Assembly (NCBI GenBank): GCA_016840035.1
Contig: JAEOTC010000061.1
Location: forward strand, 1 to 11,076
Length of the DNA: 11,076 nt
Direction: 5' to 3'
Source of the DNA: Candidatus Hodarchaeota archaeon
GTDB taxonomy: Archaea; Asgardarchaeota; Heimdallarchaeia; Hodarchaeales; Hodarchaeaceae
This document shows, one piece after another, positions 6,458-11,076 of this stretch. The notes under the pieces were generated by a model. It worked only from the letters and a program-made list of their open reading frames with translations. It was not told the origin of the DNA and ran no database searches. Positions within the stretch are counted from its first letter, which is position 1. Each line of letters starts with the position of its first letter. Position numbers and translations under genes: made by a program.

Positions 6458-6535
6458 TGGCCGTTAACCGCTTGAATGAAAGTAATAGGGCTGGAAAGCG
6501 GAGTAGAGGATTATTTGTGGAAAACCTAGAAACGA

Positions 6536-6937
6536 TTATAGATCTTCGTACGTTTCGTCAATCTCAGTGGGTTCCTCATCTTCTTCACTTGCCATCTCTT
6601 CCATGGCGGCTTTAACTTTCAAAACATACTCTGAATAGCGCTCTAGTAAACGTTCAACGTCATCATCTGATAAACGCTCTCTTGTCACAGCTTTGACATC
6701 AGTAGCTGTTTTGGGATTAAGATTAACAAGTTGGACAGCTAGTAATCTTGTCAATTCAAAATCAGATTGTAACATTTCTAAGACTTCTTCAGAGTAGGCA
6801 GCATTTTTTGAAAGTTTCTCTGCATGCTGAGCTGTTACACGTTGAACATAGTTTATCCCCGACTCCTCTCTCATCTGAAGATATTCGTAAACTTGCCCTA
6901 ATGGTATTGGCTTTTCTTCCTTGACCTTACGTACCAA
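6536..6937 (-). CDS. rpo4: DNA-directed RNA polymerase subunit Rpo4 (RpoF, Rpb4 family) with an acidic C-terminal tail
   Basis: EEKPIPLGQVYEYL, YVQRVTAQHAEK and AVQLVNLNPKT match RpoF, and the gene is in its canonical position after rpl21e. TTG start with an upstream GGAG. Confidence 0.9.
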   Translation of the reverse strand: MVRKVKEEKPIPLGQVYEYLQMREESGINYVQRVTAQHAEKLSKNAAYSEEVLEMLQSDFELTRLLAVQLVNLNPKTATDVKAVTRERLSDDDVERLLERYSEYVLKVKAAMEEMASEEDEEPTEIDETYEDL

Positions 6938-6981
6938 CTTTTAAGATCTCCAAAAACAATTTTCCTATTCTCTCAAGATCA

Positions 6982-7272
6982 CTACTGGGCCTTCAAGTGC
7001 TCTGGACGTGTTATGATTTTTTTGTAGCTGTTTCCATCTGTAACACGTACAACATAAGCTTGACCGCGTTTTTCTAAAACGACTCCCGTTTTACCATGAA
7101 ATCGCCTATGTGGACGACTTTTTTGGACGCTAGGTTCAATGACAATATTAACCTTTGAATTTATCTCATATTCTGCTAAAGAGCGAGATAATGATGGTAA
7201 ACCTCTTTTTCGTGGGTGTTTCGAAAAGATTCTGCGTGTGCGAAAGTTAGTACCCTTTGATTTTCTGACCAT
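6982..7272 (-). CDS. rpl21e: 50S ribosomal protein L21e (eL21)
   Basis: MVRKSKG..RTR, PSVQKSRPHRRFHGKTGVV..KRGQAY, RPEHLK. The ATG at 7272 fits the family N-terminus; alternative TTG at 7287. Confidence 0.97.
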   Translation of the reverse strand: MVRKSKGTNFRTRRIFSKHPRKRGLPSLSRSLAEYEINSKVNIVIEPSVQKSRPHRRFHGKTGVVLEKRGQAYVVRVTDGNSYKKIITRPEHLKAQ

Positions 7273-7542
7273 CTTGGTATGCCCCAAATTTTCCGAGCAT
7301 TCCTATGCAATCAACTTACATTGAAGTACTCTTACAGGCTTTAAAGACAAATGGAAGGTGTTTAATTAGACTATTTTTGACTTTCTAATATTACTGGAAT
7401 TAACGTAATTATAAATTATGAGTGCCTAAGATCCTACAAACGGAAAGTCAATCTGAATTTTAGAAATAAATTAGAAATGTTGCCCAGAATATTCTACTAA
7501 AGTAGCTTTAATTGAATCTTGTGTCGGTTCTACATTTCAGAA

Positions 7543-8898
7543 TTAAATCTGGTCTGTGGACTTAAATACTTCAATTACGTCCAATTCTTTAACTTTTGCT
7601 GAGATTCCAAGTTTTTCGGAGAAACTTGGTTGTGTACGACCCTGATCTCCACTAATTAATTCTTTTACATATAACCCTCCCTCACATACGATATGTACGG
7701 TGATTTCGTTTTTAGTTACATTTTCAATTTTGAAAGAAGAAATTTTACGTGTTCTGATTTTATCTGCTCTTCTATGGGCTACTCTATGTGGGGTACGTTG
7801 TTGGATGAGTATACCTGAAAGTTCTGTGGAAATTTCCTCTAGAAATGACTGATCATCGGGTAATGATGCTTCTAAGGTCACAATTGCTCTATATGCTTTT
7901 GCGTTTCTACTTGAACGAGTTTTTATTTCCCGTACCTTAGATCTGTTTGTTAATCCGTCAATTGTGACCTCTACTTTTCCATTTGAGGTGTCAGATATCT
8001 GTTTGATAATTTTTCCAAAGTCCAGATTCCTAATCTTTGGTTCGGAAATTTCAATAACAAATGGTCTCCCTGTACCTAACATTCGAGCATCAATATCTTC
8101 TCTTCCTGAACCATGAAATTTACTAGAGATACCTTTAGCTGCTTCAAAGAATGGTGTGGTAGTATACTCTTCAACGGATTCTTGATACATCTTACCTGTA
8201 TAATTGCAATGATTGCATCCTACTCCTCGACACTTACGACAGAACCATTTAGACTGAGGAATACCTCGTTCCAATTTTTTATATCTTCCTAATATGAAAA
8301 GTGGATTACTCTTAATATCTACCTCATTATGAATCAGATCAAAGGTAAAAACGATATCAGGAGCCTTGAAATCAACCTCTGCTTCAGGTAAAAGAGTTGA
8401 AAGAATCTTCCCAAGTTCACGGTTGAAATCAGATTTAATAGATTCTCCATATTCAATGTTAAAGGTACTACGAATAATATCTTCATTATCAATGATGTTG
8501 GGGGGAAAAATTGAGCCAACTAAAAACGTAGAAAACTCATACTCGCTTACAAGATCTCTCGCTTCTTTAGCTAAACTCTCAAGAACTGGAACTGAAAGGA
8601 AATCCTGACAAATCGTACATGATAGTGTACTTGGCTCAGCTTCCGAGAAATATCGTTGTATTGATTTACTACCAATTATGAAATCCTTTGACATTAATGA
8701 TGAAATGTTATTTATGCCATCTTTCACTTGGCGATGTTTAATCTCCCATTCCATGGTTAGAAAAATCTTTAGGGCCAATCCACGCTCCCTATTAGACAGA
8801 CCAGTTAATAAATTGCCAAACTGTCTTCCTAAGCATGAATTACATGTATGATTGCTTTCAGCAAAAGGTACTACAGTATTAAAAAGATATGATTCCAT
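7543..8898 (-). CDS. pus10: tRNA pseudouridine(54/55) synthase Pus10
   Basis: CNSCLGRQF, CTIC, GRYKKLERGIPQSKWFC, FHGSGREDIDARMLGTGRPF (catalytic D), QRTPHRVAHRR, GGLYVKELISGDQGRTQPS. The ATG at 8898 follows a purine-rich SD-like run; alternative ATG at 8934. Confidence 0.96.
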   Translation of the reverse strand: MESYLFNTVVPFAESNHTCNSCLGRQFGNLLTGLSNRERGLALKIFLTMEWEIKHRQVKDGINNISSLMSKDFIIGSKSIQRYFSEAEPSTLSCTICQDFLSVPVLESLAKEARDLVSEYEFSTFLVGSIFPPNIIDNEDIIRSTFNIEYGESIKSDFNRELGKILSTLLPEAEVDFKAPDIVFTFDLIHNEVDIKSNPLFILGRYKKLERGIPQSKWFCRKCRGVGCNHCNYTGKMYQESVEEYTTTPFFEAAKGISSKFHGSGREDIDARMLGTGRPFVIEISEPKIRNLDFGKIIKQISDTSNGKVEVTIDGLTNRSKVREIKTRSSRNAKAYRAIVTLEASLPDDQSFLEEISTELSGILIQQRTPHRVAHRRADKIRTRKISSFKIENVTKNEITVHIVCEGGLYVKELISGDQGRTQPSFSEKLGISAKVKELDVIEVFKSTDQI

Positions 8899-9119
8899 TT
8901 TAAATGTCCTTCTTCCTATTCCAAGGAAATCCATTTTCCGTGCAATTTCCTCTAGTACAAAGGTTTGAAAAGCTATTTGTGGAGGCTTTTCAGCAATTCA
9001 AGCCTGAGAAGAAAGGGCAATTATTTGTTTCGAGTTTCTTCTCAAGCTTTCAAAGAATATATTTCCTCTATTCATTTACATCTGAATTGAGTTCCAAGCT
9101 TCAAAGGTGGGTACCAAAT

Positions 9120-9653
9120 CTGAAAAGAATATTTTTGATAACATCCAATACAGTGGATACTTCTAAATCCCTTTCTATTAATTCTTTAACTAGCTTTGGT
9201 CGCTTAGATGTAATTTGTAGGTGTATATCAGCGGCATTTTTTCTTTCCAATGATTTTCGGAAAAATGTTGATATCTATATTTTTTTCACAATCAATAAAA
9301 GGATTTTACACATGGATGGGTCGGTGGTAAGAGGTATTAATCCAGATGAGAGAGCTATCGCTGGAATTTTGAAACGGGTATTCCAAGGATTGCCAGTTTC
9401 AGGGATAAGCTTCTATAATGGAGAATTAAAGGATTTAATTTCAAAATATCAACCTGTCATACTTGATGTCCATGGAGAGGTAAATCAAGAATTTATCCGT
9501 GCTAGTCACTCCTTTATTATAGGTGATCAAGTTGGGTATCCAAAGGAATTCGAAGAAGTATTTTCTGTGTTAAAAAAGATATCTTTAGGTATTAACGAGT
9601 ATTTGAGTTCCCAGACTATATCGATTGTAAATTATATTCTTGATCAAGTCTAA
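9120..9653 (+). CDS. trmY: tRNA (pseudouridine(54)-N1)-methyltransferase TrmY (SPOUT family)
   Basis: GRLDVICRCISAAFFLSNDFR, GINPDERAIAG, FIIGDQVG, ISLG..YLSSQTI. Family similarity starts at LKRIF. Start is uncertain: CTG 9120 after AGGTGG, or TTG 9087. Confidence 0.9.
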   Translation: MKRIFLITSNTVDTSKSLSINSLTSFGRLDVICRCISAAFFLSNDFRKNVDIYIFFTINKRILHMDGSVVRGINPDERAIAGILKRVFQGLPVSGISFYNGELKDLISKYQPVILDVHGEVNQEFIRASHSFIIGDQVGYPKEFEEVFSVLKKISLGINEYLSSQTISIVNYILDQV

Positions 9654-9834
9654 TTCGATATAATGGGGGTACTATCGCTACTACCAGGGAGGAAGTCATT
9701 ATTAAAGCACAGGTGGATGATGAAATAAATCAAAATGTTGGATCATCTCCATCGAACTGAACTCAAAACCAAAAATATTAACCAAAAAAATTATTTGAGA
9801 TATTCGTATCGGTCGAAAATTAGAGGTAGACAAG

Positions 9835-11076
9835 TTGCTAGATTCACTAGGATCGTCATTGCGTAAAACAATAATGAAAATAAGAGGAGCCCCTATTGTC
9901 GATGAAAAATTAATCAATGAATTAATGAACGATTTAGAAAATGCATTACTTGGGGCGGATGTGAATTTAGACTTAGTTTTAAACATGTGTGATGCAGTAC
10001 GAGAGAAAGCATTGAAGGATAATATCCCTCCAGCTTTAAGCCGTCGTGATTACACATTAAAGGTTATTTATGACGAATTAACCGTTCTCTTAGGGAAAAA
10101 ACATAACCCATTGCGATTAAATCCTAATGAGAAATCGATATTACTACTTATAGGAATTCAAGGCTCTGGAAAGACAACAGTAATAGGAAAACTTGCGAAT
10201 TATTATCAAAAACGTGGGTTTAAAATCGGAGCTATCGGTGGAGATACATTCCGGCCAGGTGCTCTTGCCCAGCTTCAACAAAATCTTGCACCAATTGATG
10301 TAGAAGTTTATGGCAACGAAAAAGAGAAAAAAGCCACAAATGTCATTAAAAAGGGATTAAAATACTTTGATGAAAAGAAGAACATTAATCTTATTTTAAT
10401 CGATACTACAGGGCGGCATAAAGAAGAAAAAGCTTTATTAAAGGAAATGCAATCTATAGCTAAGGTTGCCAAACCAACTGAAATAATTCTCGTTGTTGAT
10501 GCAACAATTGGACAGCAAGCTCAAGCTCAAGCAGATGCATTTAATCGTACAACCCCTCTAGGATCGATTATACTAACAAAACTAGATGGATCGGCAAAAG
10601 GTGGTGGTGCAGTCTCTGCTGTATCTGTTACAGGAGCGGTAATTCGTTTTTACGGGGATGGTGAAAGAATTCAGGATCTAGAAGAATTTAACCCAACAAG
10701 ATTTGTCGGTTCTCTCTTAGGAATGGGCGATTTAGAGGGGTTGGTAACAAGGGTAAATGAGGCATTTGATGAAGAGGATACAGCAGAAATTCGAGATGCG
10801 TTTAAGCGAGGTAAAATCACTCTAAGACATTTTCAGAAGCAAATGGAAACGGCAAACAAACAATCTTCAATAGGAAAGTTGGTTTCAAAAATACCTGGGG
10901 TTAGTGGTATGATGGGCCAACAGACAGATCTAGAAGAGGAGAGTAGAATAGGTATGAAACGATTTCTCGCAATTTGTGGGTCAATGACCGAAGAAGAACT
11001 TGATGATGCTCGAATAATTAAAGGAAAGCGAATACAACGTATCGCTCGAGGTTCAGGCACTTCACCACAAGAAGTA
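9835..11076 (+). CDS. srp54: Signal recognition particle 54 kDa protein (SRP54/Ffh), 3' end beyond the window
   Basis: Not in the supplied ORF track; translated by hand from the TTG at 9835 (SD GAGGT 9823-9827): MLDSLGSSLR...ALLGADVN, GIQGSGKTT, DTFRPGA, DTTGRH, TKLDGSAKGGG, M-domain SMTEEEL...RIARGSG. Confidence 0.97.
   Translation, partial: MLDSLGSSLRKTIMKIRGAPIVDEKLINELMNDLENALLGADVNLDLVLNMCDAVREKALKDNIPPALSRRDYTLKVIYDELTVLLGKKHNPLRLNPNEKSILLLIGIQGSGKTTVIGKLANYYQKRGFKIGAIGGDTFRPGALAQLQQNLAPIDVEVYGNEKEKKATNVIKKGLKYFDEKKNINLILIDTTGRHKEEKALLKEMQSIAKVAKPTEIILVVDATIGQQAQAQADAFNRTTPLGSIILTKLDGSAKGGGAVSAVSVTGAVIRFYGDGERIQDLEEFNPTRFVGSLLGMGDLEGLVTRVNEAFDEEDTAEIRDAFKRGKITLRHFQKQMETANKQSSIGKLVSKIPGVSGMMGQQTDLEEESRIGMKRFLAICGSMTEEELDDARIIKGKRIQRIARGSGTSPQEV

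Noticed and set aside
169-6535. Canonical casposon with terminal inverted repeats
   Set aside because: No family B polymerase is present. The best end-to-end inverted match I found is 7 bp (AGCCCTA 253-259 / TAGGGCT 6486-6492), too short to call.
7139-7324. 61-aa plus-strand ORF
   Set aside because: Antisense overlap with rpl21e.
7288-7542. RNA gene in the pus10-rpl21e spacer
   Set aside because: Very AT-rich with only short scattered inverted repeats; no tRNA or SRP RNA features seen.
8334-8608. Two short ORFs (61 aa minus, 80 aa plus)
   Set aside because: Both lie within pus10 in other frames.
8904-9086. Phe/Ser-rich N-terminal extension of TrmY in the ORF track
   Set aside because: No family similarity; it spans the divergent promoter region and looks like open-frame read-through of T-rich intergenic DNA.
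9702-11060. Minus-strand ORFs 9702-9986 and 10833-11060
   Set aside because: Antisense shadows of srp54, which the ORF track missed because its stop codon is outside the window.
1-11076. CRISPR array
   Set aside because: No regularly spaced direct repeats were found in any intergenic gap; there is only one repeat-like unit at 3369-3396.

Overview
AT-rich archaeal DNA, most likely from an Asgard/Heimdallarchaeia-like lineage (inferred from gene content, not proven). The right half (6536-11076) is a conserved housekeeping cluster: rpoF/rpo4, rpl21e and pus10 on the minus strand, and trmY plus srp54 (running off the window) on the plus strand. The left half (about 263-6457) is an array-less, derived CRISPR-Cas-related module just downstream of rpoF. 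It has a 993-aa protein with Zn-binding motifs and a C-terminal Cas1-like integrase domain that keeps its predicted catalytic E/H/D/E residues. This gene faces away from a tightly coupled four-gene operon: PD-(D/E)xK nuclease, PIN-like protein, Cas7-like RAMP, and a minimal Cas5-like RAMP fused to a Cas10-type circularly permuted HD nuclease. No CRISPR array, cas2, cas6, cas3 helicase, cas10 palm domain or casposon PolB is visible. The 235-bp spacer between the two arms holds a 94-nt hairpin that pairs best on the minus strand (six G-U pairs, UUCG tip) and carries the crRNA 5'-tag octamer AUUGAAAG, making it a candidate guide or scaffold RNA. An imperfect ~20-bp direct repeat brackets the cas1-like gene. 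All protein assignments come from motif recognition by eye, not database searches.
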